A stretch of DNA of 64,000 nucleotides from Candidatus Binatota bacterium (lineage in GTDB: Bacteria > Desulfobacterota > Binatia > UBA1149): assembly GCA_012960245.1 (NCBI GenBank), contig DUBO01000051.1, positions 60,887 to 124,886 on the forward strand, in the 5' to 3' direction. Position numbers and translations under genes: made by a program. Below, piece after piece: positions 43,945-53,840 of this stretch. A model generated the notes under the pieces. That model had not been told where the DNA came from and did no database searches. It saw nothing but the letters and a program-made list of their open reading frames with translations. Each line of letters opens with the position of its first letter. Position 1 is the first letter of the stretch.

Positions 43945-45258
43945 TCAGGATCTCCTGTCGTCGCTGCGTATATCTTCGAGGCTGCTACCCACCAGTAGCT
44001 CCACGTCTACGGTGGCTGCGCGGTAGGCCGCCAGTGTGTCGATGTACTGGCTGCGCAGACTGAACAGTGTTTTGCGAGCATCGACCAGTTCGAGATAGCC
44101 GTAAACGCCTCGGCGGTAAGCGGTGGTGGCGCCCTCGAAGGCGTTGTGGGCCAGTGGTAGCACTTCGTCCCGCAGGGAGATGACCGCTGCCCGCGTTGAC
44201 GCGAGCGACTCGTAGGCCGTTGCCAGGCCGGTGCGCGCGCGCAGCCTGGCAGCCCGTTGTTCCTGGACGGTCTTGGCCAGCCGGCGCTTCGCTTCGAGTG
44301 TGCCTGCGCGGTTGCGATCAAAAATCGGCAGCGGCGCACTCAGTTCAAAGACAAAGGCCCTGCTGTCGCTTTCTCTCGACCAGCGGGGTCCGCCGGTGAG
44401 GGTGAGGTCGGGTGTAGAACGGGATTCGGCCAGTGCCAGTTGGCTGCGGCGCTGGGCCAGCTCGGATTCCCAGCGAGCGAGCGCGGGGGCTTGCTCTGCC
44501 AGTTGCTGCAATCGCGCTAACGGCGGCAGGGCGGGCGGGGCCGCGCGCAGTTGCCCGTCGGCCCGCGAGAAGTTATCGCTGCCGCTGCCCCAGGTAGCAG
44601 CGAGCCGTTTTCTCGCCGAGGCGAGTTCTGCCCGGTGTCGCTGCAGTGCGATCAGCGAGGCTGCCAGGGAAACCTCGGCGCGGTATTTTTCTATGCTCGA
44701 TACAGCGCCCGCGAGCAGTTGTTTTTCGACGGTTCGCAGCACGGTTTTTCCGACGGCTGCCAATTCCTCTGCCAGGGCGAGCCTCTCCTGCGCGGCCAGT
44801 ACAGCGACGAAGGCGCCTTCGACCTCGGCCAGGGTTTCAATTCTTGCGGCGCGCCAGGCCCAGGCCGATGCGTCTCGTTGGTGGCCGGCCAGTTGCCGCC
44901 GCTTGCCGCGCTTGCCGCCCAGCTCGATGAGCTGGGAGATGCGCAGGGTCTGCTCGGAGGCTCCGAAGCCGCTTTCTTCGTTGGTGCCGGCAAAGTTTTC
45001 TATTTCGAACGAGAGTTCCGGGTTGGGTAGCAGGCCAGCCTGCGACACCCGGGCTTCGCGCGCCTTGAGCTCCCAGGAAAACGTGGCGAGGCGAGGATTG
45101 TGTTCGAGGGCAAGCTGTATTGCCTGCTGCAACGAGACCGCAGCGCTGACCTCGGCATGTACTGTTGGCGCGGCTGCGTGCAACAGCAGTGCCGCGGCGA
45201 GCGCAGCGATGGTCGGCGCCTTACTTTGCGTCGTTTGTCCTTTGTTCTTCTGGGTCAT
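43945..45258 (-). CDS. TolC-family outer-membrane efflux protein (CzcC/CusC-like)
   Basis: LALEHNPRLATFSWELKAREARVSQAGLLPNPELSFEIENFAG is the OMF repeat signature. Start taken at MTQKNKGQ. Confidence 0.8.
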   Translation of the reverse strand: MTQKNKGQTTQSKAPTIAALAAALLLHAAAPTVHAEVSAAVSLQQAIQLALEHNPRLATFSWELKAREARVSQAGLLPNPELSFEIENFAGTNEESGFGASEQTLRISQLIELGGKRGKRRQLAGHQRDASAWAWRAARIETLAEVEGAFVAVLAAQERLALAEELAAVGKTVLRTVEKQLLAGAVSSIEKYRAEVSLAASLIALQRHRAELASARKRLAATWGSGSDNFSRADGQLRAAPPALPPLARLQQLAEQAPALARWESELAQRRSQLALAESRSTPDLTLTGGPRWSRESDSRAFVFELSAPLPIFDRNRAGTLEAKRRLAKTVQEQRAARLRARTGLATAYESLASTRAAVISLRDEVLPLAHNAFEGATTAYRRGVYGYLELVDARKTLFSLRSQYIDTLAAYRAATVDVELLVGSSLEDIRSDDRRS

Positions 45259-45366
45259 CAAGCGGTTCTCCGGTACGAGCAGGGTCGGGCCGCGAGCTAT
45301 CGCGCGGCCTTGCAGAAAGCCCACCACCGCCCGGGGGGCAGCTGCGGGCGCCAACGGGGTTGGCTG

Positions 45367-45792
45367 CTAGACTCGGAGGACGGTGCTTTTGATGAACGCG
45401 GCGTGCTGGGAGCAGTGGCCGGCGAGGAGGCAAAGAGCGCGGGCCGGTTGTCGGCCTGCTGTCGCCGGCGCAACGATGGCCGGCAGGGCGTGGGAAAAAA
45501 GCGAAGCGTCGCCGGGCTTTTCGTACTTGCTCGACAGCTGGCCGAGCAGGGGGATGTCGGTGCAGGCGTCGGAGGCCAGGGAAACGCCGCTGCTGTTGTG
45601 GCCGGCGGTGGCGTGGTCATCGGCCGCAGAGCCGGTCGTGTCGCAGGGAGCAGTTGCATGGGCGAGTTCTATGCCGCTGTGACCGTCCGGCCCCACGCAG
45701 TAGACCAGCTGGGAGCCCAGGCCCATGGTAAGCCCCAACCAGGCCAGCAGGCCAAGCGTTGCCATCGCACGTGCTGTGTTAACTGCTTTCAT
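45367..45792 (-). CDS. Small exported Cys/His-containing protein upstream of the efflux operon; possible periplasmic metal-binding accessory protein
   Basis: N-terminal signal peptide. Several His and Cys residues (HSGIELAHATAPCD, HATAGHNSSG). Position analogous to small periplasmic proteins upstream of czcCBA. Confidence 0.35.
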   Translation of the reverse strand: MKAVNTARAMATLGLLAWLGLTMGLGSQLVYCVGPDGHSGIELAHATAPCDTTGSAADDHATAGHNSSGVSLASDACTDIPLLGQLSSKYEKPGDASLFSHALPAIVAPATAGRQPARALCLLAGHCSQHAAFIKSTVLRV

Positions 45793-45867
45793 CTCTTCGC
45801 GTCGGGGAGGGCGGTGCCCAGTGGCGTCCGTCCAGCTCCATCGACTCTACCAGCCTAACACGGGTTT

Positions 45868-46719
45868 TTGCCTGCAGGGGATTGTTTTTCGGGGGGTTTT
45901 TTGTCCGGGCAACTGGTTACTTCCTGCCTATCGGTGCAAGGTGCTGCGGTGCGCGTTGTCATTCCTCTTCCGGCCGCCGACTTTGATCCCACCGAGGTCT
46001 CGGTGCCGTGGTCTATTCTGCGTGCCGAGGGCTACGAGGTCGTTTTTGCTACGCCCCTGGGACAGCCGGCTCATGCTGATGTGCGCATGCTCGATGGCAG
46101 GGGATTGCTCTTCTGGGCTCCCGTTCTGCGGGCTCGTCGAGAGGCCCGCGAGCTTCACGACGAGATGATCCGTTCGCCGGAGTTTCTCTCTCCGCTGTCC
46201 TGGTCGCAACTCGCGCAGTTAGAAGTCGACGGGCTGATTCTGCCGGGGGGACACGCGCCGGGGATGAAACCTTATCTCGAATCGCCCGAGGTGCAGGGCC
46301 TCGCGCTGCGCTTCTTTTCCGAGCGGAGGCCGGTCGCTGCTATCTGTCACGGCGTGGTGGTGCTGGCCAGGGCCGTTGATTCTGACACCGGTCGCTCGGT
46401 CCTTTTCGGTCGCAGGAGCACTTGCTTGACCAGGCCCATGGAAATGAGCGCCTGGTCGATGACCGCCCTGTGGCTGGGGAGATACTATCGAACCTACACG
46501 CAGACGGTTGAAGAAGAAGTGTGCGCAGCCCTGGGCGAGGGTAATCCGGGAGCCCCACCGCTTTTCAGTCGGGGACCTTTCGCGTTGTTCCGCGACGGAC
46601 CCGAGGTGACCAACAGGGGCTACACCGTGAGGGATGGGCAGTACCTTTCAGCGCGATGGCCGGGGGATGCCTACGCGTTTTCGCGTGATTTCGTGGAGAT
46701 GCTTGAAGACCGTCCGTAA
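45868..46719 (+). CDS. DJ-1/PfpI (type-1 glutamine amidotransferase-like) family protein
   Basis: PVAAICHGVVVL nucleophile-elbow Cys. An alternative GTG start at ~45948 (VRVVIPLPAADFDPTEV) is plausible. Confidence 0.55.
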   Translation: MPAGDCFSGGFLSGQLVTSCLSVQGAAVRVVIPLPAADFDPTEVSVPWSILRAEGYEVVFATPLGQPAHADVRMLDGRGLLFWAPVLRARREARELHDEMIRSPEFLSPLSWSQLAQLEVDGLILPGGHAPGMKPYLESPEVQGLALRFFSERRPVAAICHGVVVLARAVDSDTGRSVLFGRRSTCLTRPMEMSAWSMTALWLGRYYRTYTQTVEEEVCAALGEGNPGAPPLFSRGPFALFRDGPEVTNRGYTVRDGQYLSARWPGDAYAFSRDFVEMLEDRP

Positions 46720-46781
46720 CGCCCGGCCCGGCCCGACCAGTCGCGTCCTGCGGCGGTGCCGAGCACCGAGCCGCCGGCTGG

Positions 46782-47747
46782 TCAGACTTGAGGGAGTACT
46801 TCGCCGGCGATCAGTTTGAGGCTGGGCCAGGCCAGTTCCGGCGGTAAGCCGCCGCACAGGGGTTGGGTGATCAGGAAGCCGGTCTGCTTGATGTGCTCCA
46901 CGGCCTGTTGCGGGGTGAAGACGCGGTAGGGGCCCTGCTGCTCGCGGAGCTCGTCTACGCTGCTCGCCGTTGACAGGGTAACGGCCCTGTTGTGGTCGCC
47001 CAGCCAGGCCGCGTAGGAGCGCGCGTCGTGCAGCAGGTACGGCCCCAGTTCGGCCCACGCGCGGTCGGGGTCGCTGGCGACAAAAGCCGTGGTCACCGTG
47101 TCGCCGGGCGGGTTGATGCAGGCGCCCGGGGTGGTTCCGATCTTGCGGCATTCACGCTCGTAGATCTCGACCATCTCGCTGTTGGAGCCCTGGGTGAGCA
47201 TTCCCAGTCCGAAGCGCGCCGCCCGTCGTGCCGCCGCCCTGGTGTTTCCGCCCAGCAACAGGCCCGGGCCCTGGGGCGTAAGCGGCGTGGGGGTGACCCT
47301 GGCGTTGCGACCCTCGAACTCGAAAGGCTCTCCCGTCCAGGCCTGCCTCAGGGCTTCAAGACACTTGTCCATTCTCTTTCCCCGTTCGGCGAAGTCGTGG
47401 CCGAACATGGCGTATTCTTCGGGCCGGTAGCCGACCGCCAACACGTAGGACACGCGGCCGTTGCTGGCAATGTCGAGCACTGCCATCTCCTCGGCCAGGG
47501 CAACGGGATCGTGCAGTGGCAGCACCAGTGCCGCCAGTTGGATACCGATGCTGCGAGTCCTGCCAGCCATCGCGGCTGCCAGGATCAGCGGCGCGGGCAA
47601 GTAGCCGTCGTCGGAACCGTGGTGTTCCGATACGACCAGCTGCAGGCAGCCGTGTTGTTCCGCCCACTCGGCCATGTCGAGGGCGGCAGCGTAGAGGTCG
47701 GCACTACCCGCGGGGCTCATGGCCGGCAGTCGCATGTCGAAGCGCAT
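46782..47747 (-). CDS. LLM-class flavin/F420-dependent oxidoreductase
   Basis: MRFDMRL...LVVSEHHGSDDGYLPAPL...NGRVSYVLAVGY matches LLM motifs. Confidence 0.75.
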   Translation of the reverse strand: MRFDMRLPAMSPAGSADLYAAALDMAEWAEQHGCLQLVVSEHHGSDDGYLPAPLILAAAMAGRTRSIGIQLAALVLPLHDPVALAEEMAVLDIASNGRVSYVLAVGYRPEEYAMFGHDFAERGKRMDKCLEALRQAWTGEPFEFEGRNARVTPTPLTPQGPGLLLGGNTRAAARRAARFGLGMLTQGSNSEMVEIYERECRKIGTTPGACINPPGDTVTTAFVASDPDRAWAELGPYLLHDARSYAAWLGDHNRAVTLSTASSVDELREQQGPYRVFTPQQAVEHIKQTGFLITQPLCGGLPPELAWPSLKLIAGEVLPQV

Positions 47748-48132
47748 TATGAACAAGAGCGGTGTTCTCCTCGCCCGGCCGGGCGCGCCTACGCCGGGCG
47801 TAAAGGTTTTGCATGTGGCAGGGCGGTCCGCAAGCCGAAGGTGGCGAGCTGGCGAGGATCGGGAGAGGCAATAGCTCTCTTAAATCACCAACATCCAGAG
47901 AATGGGCTCCCCGCAGCAGTTTGAGTTGGAACCAAGCGCGGGAATGTCTCCGAAACTTGGAAGAGCTTCGCCGGGCTCTTTCGCAGTAGGCTGAAGAGCG
48001 GGTGTTGCGCTTGTTCCGAGGTCAGAGGTTCCGAAAGCAGACGGTCCCGTAGTGTCCTAAAACTCGGCCTAACGGATTTCGAAGCTGGGATTGCGAGGCA
48101 GCGTAAGGCCTCAGCTTAGTTTTCGCCCACTA

Positions 48133-48178
48133 CTGGAAAAACCGCGCACCGCCGACCATCAGTATGGTGACTGCGCGA
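48133..48178 (-). terminator. Candidate intrinsic terminator downstream of tRNA-Asn (minus strand)
   Basis: On the minus strand: hairpin ACCAT-actg-ATGGT flanked by GC pairs, then a TTTTT run. Confidence 0.35.
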
Positions 48179-48205
48179 TCCAAAAAAGTCCGTGTAGAAA
48201 AAGAG

Positions 48206-48281
48206 TGGCTCCCCGGGCCGGACTCGAACCAGCGACAAGGTGATTAACAGTCACCTGCTCTACCAACTGAGCTACCGGGGA
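48206..48281 (-). tRNA. tRNA-Asn (anticodon GUU), CCA encoded
   Basis: Reverse complement reads UCCCCGG UA GCUCAGUUGGUAGAGC AGGUGA-CUGUUAA-UCACC UUGUC GCUGG-UUCGAGU-CCGGC CCGGGGA G CCA, a cloverleaf with a 7/7 acceptor stem. Anticodon loop CU-GUU-AA. Confidence 0.9.
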
Positions 48282-48378
48282 TCGTTGGGCGAATCCCATT
48301 GTATAGCCCAGCCATGGCGAGCGGGCAAAAAAGATATCACGGCAAAGCGACCGAGCGGGGGGTGGTAGCGGGTTAAGC

Positions 48379-49809
48379 TCAGGGGTCTACGTAGCCAAGA
48401 TCGCGTAGCTTCTGCTTGAGCTCTTCGGGAATATCGTCGCTGCCTTCACCGTCGCTTTCGGCAGCTTTGTTACCGCGGCCCGGCCCTTTGCGATTGATCA
48501 GCTGGTTGGCCTCGGCCCATTCGTCCAGCCCCGCCGCCCAGGAGTATACGCCGTGGCGGCTCGGAAGGGCGTTGAGTTCTCCGGGATCAACGCCGAGATC
48601 GTAGGCCTCGTTGCTGTCTTCGTCGGTGTAGCGCACGAGCTTCTGCGAGCCGCGCCTTTCGGCGATGACCGCTCCCCGGCTACCTAGTTTGCCGGCCGCC
48701 GTACCGGCTTCGCTGTATATCGGGGTCTCGGTCGACCAGTTCGAAGCGGTGGCGACCGCGCCTGCACCCAGCAGCCCCACGAGCGACGGTCCTGGCATCG
48801 AGTGCTCTACTCCGACCAGCTCGAGCAGGGTGGACGGCACGCTTATCGACGCGGGTACGGGTTTTTTTATCCGTGGTCCGTGATCGGTGAGCCCGGGTAC
48901 GCGGAGCACCCAGGGCACGTTGACGACCTCGGCGTAAACAAAACGCACGTGGTCGCAGTTGCCGTGTTCAAAGAATTCTTCGCCGTGATCCGAGGTCACC
49001 AGCACCACGGTCTTGTCGGCGAGGCCGAGTTTGTCCAGCTCGTCCAGGAAACGGCCCACGTGGCGGTCGCCGCCGCGCACAGACGCGTCGTAGAGCGATA
49101 CAATGGCGTCCAGGTTGGCCGGCCGCTCGCGTTTATCGCGACCGCAAAAGCCTTTCGATTCTCTTCGCGAGACGTTGCCGAGGCCGAGTGCCTGGCGATC
49201 AGCCGAAGTGGAATAGTAGGGACGATGGGCGTTGTAGCCGTGCAGGAACAGGAAAAAAGGCCGATCCTGGTTGAGACGCAGCCAGTCGAGAGCGCCGTCC
49301 ATGTTGTGTTCAAAGCGCCGACCGTCGGCCTGGTAGACGTCAAAACCACGGGCAAACCCGAAGTGGGCCGACACAAATCCGCCCCCGGTGAAGGCCCCGG
49401 TCGCGTACCCGGCGTCTTTGAATTCTTCGGCCAGCATGCGCGCCGACTGAGGTAGCCGCCGCATGGCGGGATAGCGTACCACCCCGAGCACGCGCGGTTG
49501 CAGGCCGGTCATTATCGAGCCGTGGGCGGGTAGCGTCCACGGTGACTGGCTCACGGCTTGCTCAAAAAGCGCTGATTTAGCGGCGAGTTGATCCACCGAG
49601 GGTGAGGTGTCACGGGAGTAACCGTAGCAGCCCAGGTGGTCGGCCCGTACCGTGTCCATGGAAACCAGCACGACATTGCAGCCGGGGCAGGCCGCGGTGG
49701 AGAGGGTAGTGCCCGGGCCGGTGCCCGGGCGTTCGCTGCAGGACGCGAGCAGGGCCAGCAGGGTGCCGAGGCCGACGCGAAGCAGCCGTGGGAATAGAGA
49801 AAGGGTCAT
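48379..49809 (-). CDS. Sulfatase-like hydrolase/transferase (alkaline phosphatase superfamily)
   Basis: Signal/lipoprotein-like N-terminus. VLVSMDTVRADHLGCYGYSRDTSP is the metal-binding Asp motif of sulfatase/AlkP enzymes. The canonical CxPxR FGly motif is not obvious. Confidence 0.65.
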   Translation of the reverse strand: MTLSLFPRLLRVGLGTLLALLASCSERPGTGPGTTLSTAACPGCNVVLVSMDTVRADHLGCYGYSRDTSPSVDQLAAKSALFEQAVSQSPWTLPAHGSIMTGLQPRVLGVVRYPAMRRLPQSARMLAEEFKDAGYATGAFTGGGFVSAHFGFARGFDVYQADGRRFEHNMDGALDWLRLNQDRPFFLFLHGYNAHRPYYSTSADRQALGLGNVSRRESKGFCGRDKRERPANLDAIVSLYDASVRGGDRHVGRFLDELDKLGLADKTVVLVTSDHGEEFFEHGNCDHVRFVYAEVVNVPWVLRVPGLTDHGPRIKKPVPASISVPSTLLELVGVEHSMPGPSLVGLLGAGAVATASNWSTETPIYSEAGTAAGKLGSRGAVIAERRGSQKLVRYTDEDSNEAYDLGVDPGELNALPSRHGVYSWAAGLDEWAEANQLINRKGPGRGNKAAESDGEGSDDIPEELKQKLRDLGYVDP

Positions 49810-49955
49810 GCAGTGGCTATGATAGGCAGTCTGCGCGGGCGGGTCTATTCCGCCGGCGCTGAATCGCCGACCGGGGGCCTGGGGCTGGAAACGAAAAATT
49901 CTGCGGGCCCCGTGCTTCGTGGCAACTTGGGTCGGCCCAGGGAGAAAAACGAAAG

Positions 49956-51422
49956 GTGAAACGATCTACACCGGTAATTGTACTGGCCGCGCTGCTGGTA
50001 CTGGGCGTGCTGGCCCTGCCCGGGCAACGCGCCGGGACGCTGGCCCAGGGCCGTGTGCTCGTGCTTGGCGTGGACGGCGGCACCTGGGACGTGATCGTGC
50101 CCATGATCGAAGCGGGCGAACTACCGGCCCTGGCAGGCCTCTACCGGCACGGGGTTCACGGGATTCTCAAGACTCGCCCGCCGGTAATTTCGCCGGTGGT
50201 GTGGTCAACCATGTTCACCGGCAAGCTGCCCGCCGAGCACGGCGTCCTGAACTGGAAAACCTCCCACTCTACTCACCGCAAGGTCAAGGCAACGTGGAAC
50301 ATAGCCAGTGACGCAGGGCTTCGCAGCCACGTGTACAACGTGCCCGGGTCATGGCCGCCCGAGCAGGTCAACGGACGCATGGCTTCCGGTTTTCCACTGA
50401 GCGGTTCGACGATAGGCGGCAGCACCGGCGAGGTTTACGATCTTTCGCTGGCCGATCCCTCCGACGGCAACCGGATCTTCGAGGACAACGAGACGGCCAT
50501 CCGCGGGGCCGCCCGCGGCTTGGAGCCGGGGCAGTGGAGCGACTGGTTCGACGTTGGCGCGCTGCGCAAGCCAGCGCTCAAGGGGCGGATGCGCGTGCGC
50601 AAGCTGGCGCCCGACAGGATCTACGCTACACCGTTTTACAGGTCAGACGCGGGCCTGGTAGTTACCTGGCCCGAAGAACTGGCGGAGGAGCTCAGGGCCG
50701 AACTGGGGCAGGCTTACATTCCCGAAGGGCCAGGCTGGAGCCGCCACGCCGAACCTGACACCCCCACTTTCCTGGCCGAGCATCTCGCCCAGGTCTCGCG
50801 GCTGCAAAGCGGGGCGGCGGGTCTTTCGATTGCCGACGACTGGCAGCTGTTTATATACGTGCATACGCTCGTGGACCGGGTGTCTCACCCATACTGGGCC
50901 TACATGCGCCCGGACGACTACGAGGGCATGGATGCTGAAAAGGCGCGCCGTTACGGGGAGGCGGTGCCCGATGCCTACCGCGAGACCGACCGGCAGTTGG
51001 GGAGATTGCTCGCCGAAATCGATGACGACGTCTACGTGGTGGTGGTTTCAGACCACGGATTCAAGTCGAGCAAGAACCGCAGCCTGCTCATCGGCACGCA
51101 CGATTTTGACGGAATCTACCTGGTCGCGGGTCCGGGAATCGAGCCGGGTGACGGGCCCGAAACTAACATCGAAGACGTGGCACCCACGCTGCTTTACTTA
51201 CTGGGATTGCCCGGAGCGGCAGACATGGTGGGCAAGATATTCCCGCCCGTGGTCGATTCTCTCGGTGGAGGACGGCTGAAAGTTGCCAGCTACGAAGACC
51301 TGCAGCGACCGGGTAACGATCAACCGGTAGACAAGTCCACCTGGGAACAACTGCGAAGCCTGGGCTACGTGACCGGTGACCCGCCTGCGGCGCGCGAAAA
51401 CGAAGCCGGGCAGGCTCGCTGA
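49956..51422 (+). CDS. Alkaline-phosphatase-superfamily type I phosphodiesterase / nucleotide pyrophosphatase (NPP) family protein
   Basis: Signal peptide. VLVLGVDGGTWDVI...PVISPVVWSTMFTGKLPAEHGV is the NPP metal-binding core. DHGF later. Confidence 0.7.
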   Translation: MKRSTPVIVLAALLVLGVLALPGQRAGTLAQGRVLVLGVDGGTWDVIVPMIEAGELPALAGLYRHGVHGILKTRPPVISPVVWSTMFTGKLPAEHGVLNWKTSHSTHRKVKATWNIASDAGLRSHVYNVPGSWPPEQVNGRMASGFPLSGSTIGGSTGEVYDLSLADPSDGNRIFEDNETAIRGAARGLEPGQWSDWFDVGALRKPALKGRMRVRKLAPDRIYATPFYRSDAGLVVTWPEELAEELRAELGQAYIPEGPGWSRHAEPDTPTFLAEHLAQVSRLQSGAAGLSIADDWQLFIYVHTLVDRVSHPYWAYMRPDDYEGMDAEKARRYGEAVPDAYRETDRQLGRLLAEIDDDVYVVVVSDHGFKSSKNRSLLIGTHDFDGIYLVAGPGIEPGDGPETNIEDVAPTLLYLLGLPGAADMVGKIFPPVVDSLGGGRLKVASYEDLQRPGNDQPVDKSTWEQLRSLGYVTGDPPAARENEAGQAR

Positions 51423-51891
51423 TAAGAGTTTTGGCTCAGTGACGGACCGGTTCTTCGGCCCCGTCGTCCTCGAACACAATCTCGCCGTCGTTGACCAATG
51501 CCAGGACAACAGCGTCCAGGTCTGCCAGGGCTCTGCCCTTGAGGCTGAAATAGGTCACGCCGCGCCGTATGGCATCGGCCAGTTCCGTGACGAGAAACAC
51601 CGTATCGTGTGAGCTTCCGAGCAACTCGGCACCGGTAATAGGGGCACGCACAGTGGATGTGGAACGCGTCGATCTCATGTCCTTTTGAAACCAAGAAGTG
51701 TGCCACGGCGCCTCTTCGGTCACCCGCTTTTCCTGCGGGTTTGTACGCGGGTGTTCGATAGCGTCCACCGACAATCCTGCGCCTGGCCACCTGCGAGTTG
51801 CAGTTCTGCATGATCAGCCTGTTCGTTAATGGCACGCCGTTTGCTCACTACTGCGAGCCCTAGGGGCAGACAAAGGCGAGGAGAAAGAACG

Positions 51892-52050
51892 ATGACAAAA
51901 ATACTGAAACGGCTAAGGGACGATGAGCAGGGAGCATCCATGACCGAGTACGCGTTGCTGTTGGCAATGATTGCCCTTGGTACCGTGGGTGCGGTCACCG
52001 CTTTCAGTGACCAGATACTTACGCTCTTCAGTTCATTAGACCAGTTCTGA
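51892..52050 (+). CDS. flp: Flp/Fap family type IVb pilin (52 aa)
   Basis: MTKILKRLRDDEQGASMTEYALLLAMIALGTVGA is the Flp motif (G/ASMTEY). RBS GGAGAAAG upstream. Confidence 0.8.
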   Translation: MTKILKRLRDDEQGASMTEYALLLAMIALGTVGAVTAFSDQILTLFSSLDQF

Positions 52051-52278
52051 GGCAGGATCGTGACACCGCAATGCCCAGGGCAGCAAGTGGCAAAAATGTG
52101 CCGCTACAAGTCCAACAATGTCCGTTCAACGGGCGTGGCTGGCGCAGCGACGGCAGTAAAGCGCGGAAAAACGAGCCCTGGCAATAAATTCTCCGGTGGC
52201 ACAGAGATTGCTGTTTACCACCGGGAACAGACGGGCATCAAGCCCTGTTAACAAACGAAACCCAGGAGGAAAGAGAAA

Positions 52279-52449
52279 ATGGAACTTATCAAGGCACTGT
52301 GGAAAGACGAGCAAGGCGCTTCGATGGCCGAATACGCGTTGCTGATGGCTCTCATAGCCGTTGCGACGATTGGTGCGATCACCGCGCTTCGCGACCAGAT
52401 CATATCGATCTTTAACGACGCTACTACGACGCTGTCCACCGCCAGCTGA
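52279..52449 (+). CDS. flp: Second Flp family pilin (56 aa), absent from the ORF track (<60 aa)
   Basis: ATG at 52279 preceded by AGGAGGAAAGAG. MELIKALWKDEQGASMAEYALLMALIAVATIGAI. Stop TGA at 52447-52449. Confidence 0.75.
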   Translation: MELIKALWKDEQGASMAEYALLMALIAVATIGAITALRDQIISIFNDATTTLSTAS

Positions 52450-52469
52450 AGTGGTTGGGTCAAGTTGAG

Positions 52470-52506
52470 CCGGGTGCCGTCTCACCGACGGTACCCGGTT
52501 TAGCTT
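52470..52506 (+). terminator. Hairpin plus T-tract after the pilin genes (candidate attenuator/terminator before cpaA)
   Basis: CCGGGTGCCGTC-tcac-GACGGTACCCGG followed by TTTAGCTT. Confidence 0.45.
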
Positions 52507-52530
52507 ATGCTCACCGCAAGGTGACAAGAC

Positions 52531-53088
52531 GTGGAATACTCTCTTAATACACTTGTTGCGGTTCCCGCGCTGATTTTCATGTTCCTGGCTGCGGCCAGTG
52601 ACCTGAGGGCGCGCAGGATTTCCAACAAGCTTAATCTTTGCGCGGCCCTGCTCGGCGCCTGGTTGCACTTCGTGACCGGCGGCGTGGAGGGTCTCGGTAT
52701 GTCGCTGGGCGGTATGACCGCCGGTCTCGGCTTGCTGTTCGTGCCCTTCGCGGCGGGAATGGTTGGCGGCGGCGACGTCAAGTTTGCAGCGGCCGCGGGT
52801 TCCTTTCTCGGGGCCGGGCTGTTGTGCATCGGGCTGGGCGCTGGCGTGGTCCTGGCAGGCGCCGTGGGCGCCGGGTCGATACTGTGCAGTGGCAAGGCCA
52901 AGGCCGTAATGATCGGGCTCTGGGCTGATCTCAACATGATCGCCTCCGGGCAGAGGCCAGGGACTCTCAAGGCTGGAGAGGGCACGCGCACCATGCCCTA
53001 CGGATTGATGTTGGCAGTGGGCATGGCCGGGACGCTGGTTCATGCAACGTGGAGGATAGAAACATGGCTAGGCCCTTTGTCCTGGTAG
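52531..53088 (+). CDS. cpaA: Prepilin peptidase CpaA/TadV (A24 family)
   Basis: Polytopic membrane protein. AAASDLRARRISN and GGGDVKFAAAAG are the conserved Asp motifs. Confidence 0.75.
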   Translation: MEYSLNTLVAVPALIFMFLAAASDLRARRISNKLNLCAALLGAWLHFVTGGVEGLGMSLGGMTAGLGLLFVPFAAGMVGGGDVKFAAAAGSFLGAGLLCIGLGAGVVLAGAVGAGSILCSGKAKAVMIGLWADLNMIASGQRPGTLKAGEGTRTMPYGLMLAVGMAGTLVHATWRIETWLGPLSW

Positions 53089-53831
53089 TGGCTGGAGTGC
53101 TGTTCGCAGCGCTTGCCGGCCTTATGACTTTTTCATGGCTCGACGGCCAGGCCGGCTCACTTGATGCGCCGGTGTTGCAACACAGGAGCGTGGTGGTTGC
53201 CGCGCAGACGGTGGGCAGGGGCCAACTGGTAGAGCCGAGGCACCTGAAGGTCGTCGACTGGCCGGCCCACTCGGTACCCGAGGGGACCTACCATGATCCC
53301 AGCAAGCTTGTCGGCAAGGTAGCGAGGGTTTCCATCATGGCTAACGAACCCGTTACCGATGCTCGATTGTCGCGCAACCGCAGTACCAGTCTCCTTTCAA
53401 TGCTCGTGCAGCCCGGCAGGCGCGCGATCTCGGTTCGGGTGAATGAAGTTACCGGTATTTCCGGTTTCGTGGCCCCGAACAGCCGCGTGGATGTGCTCGT
53501 AACGATAGGGCGACGCGAAGAGCTCGAAGCGAGGTCAAAAGTCATCCTGCAGGACGTCAGGGTGTTGGCCATCGACCAGGAGGTCGAGCAGGTGGACAAC
53601 AAGCCGGTGACGGTAAAGACGATCACCCTCGACGTCACCCCGCGGCAGGCAGAAACCCTGACGCTGGCGGTTCACGAGGGCAGTCTCTACTTCGTCCTGC
53701 GTAACGACAAGGACGGCGACGGGGTAGTTACCTCGGGCAGGACAGTGAGCGAGGTGCTGGGCGGTTCATCGGGTAACCGCCACACGGTTGAAGTGATTCG
53801 TGGCAGCTCGGTAGAGAATTACATTTTCTGA
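53049..53831 (+). CDS. cpaB: Flp pilus assembly protein CpaB/RcpC
   Basis: N-terminal TM helix. SAF/BON-like repeats. Typical CpaB size and position. The start may be at MARPF (53064). Confidence 0.7.
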   Translation: MEDRNMARPFVLVVAGVLFAALAGLMTFSWLDGQAGSLDAPVLQHRSVVVAAQTVGRGQLVEPRHLKVVDWPAHSVPEGTYHDPSKLVGKVARVSIMANEPVTDARLSRNRSTSLLSMLVQPGRRAISVRVNEVTGISGFVAPNSRVDVLVTIGRREELEARSKVILQDVRVLAIDQEVEQVDNKPVTVKTITLDVTPRQAETLTLAVHEGSLYFVLRNDKDGDGVVTSGRTVSEVLGGSSGNRHTVEVIRGSSVENYIF

Positions 53832-53840
53832 GGAGGCGGG

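Noticed and set aside
48206-48281. tRNA-Asn as an integration site for a genomic island or prophage
   Set aside because: No integrase, no direct repeat of the tRNA 3' end and no phage-like genes nearby. The flanking genes are ordinary hydrolases and oxidoreductases.
51436-51774. 112-aa minus-strand ORF between the phosphodiesterase gene and flp-1
   Set aside because: No RBS or recognisable motif. It overlaps the likely tad promoter and 5'UTR region, so it is probably spurious, though a real small protein cannot be excluded.
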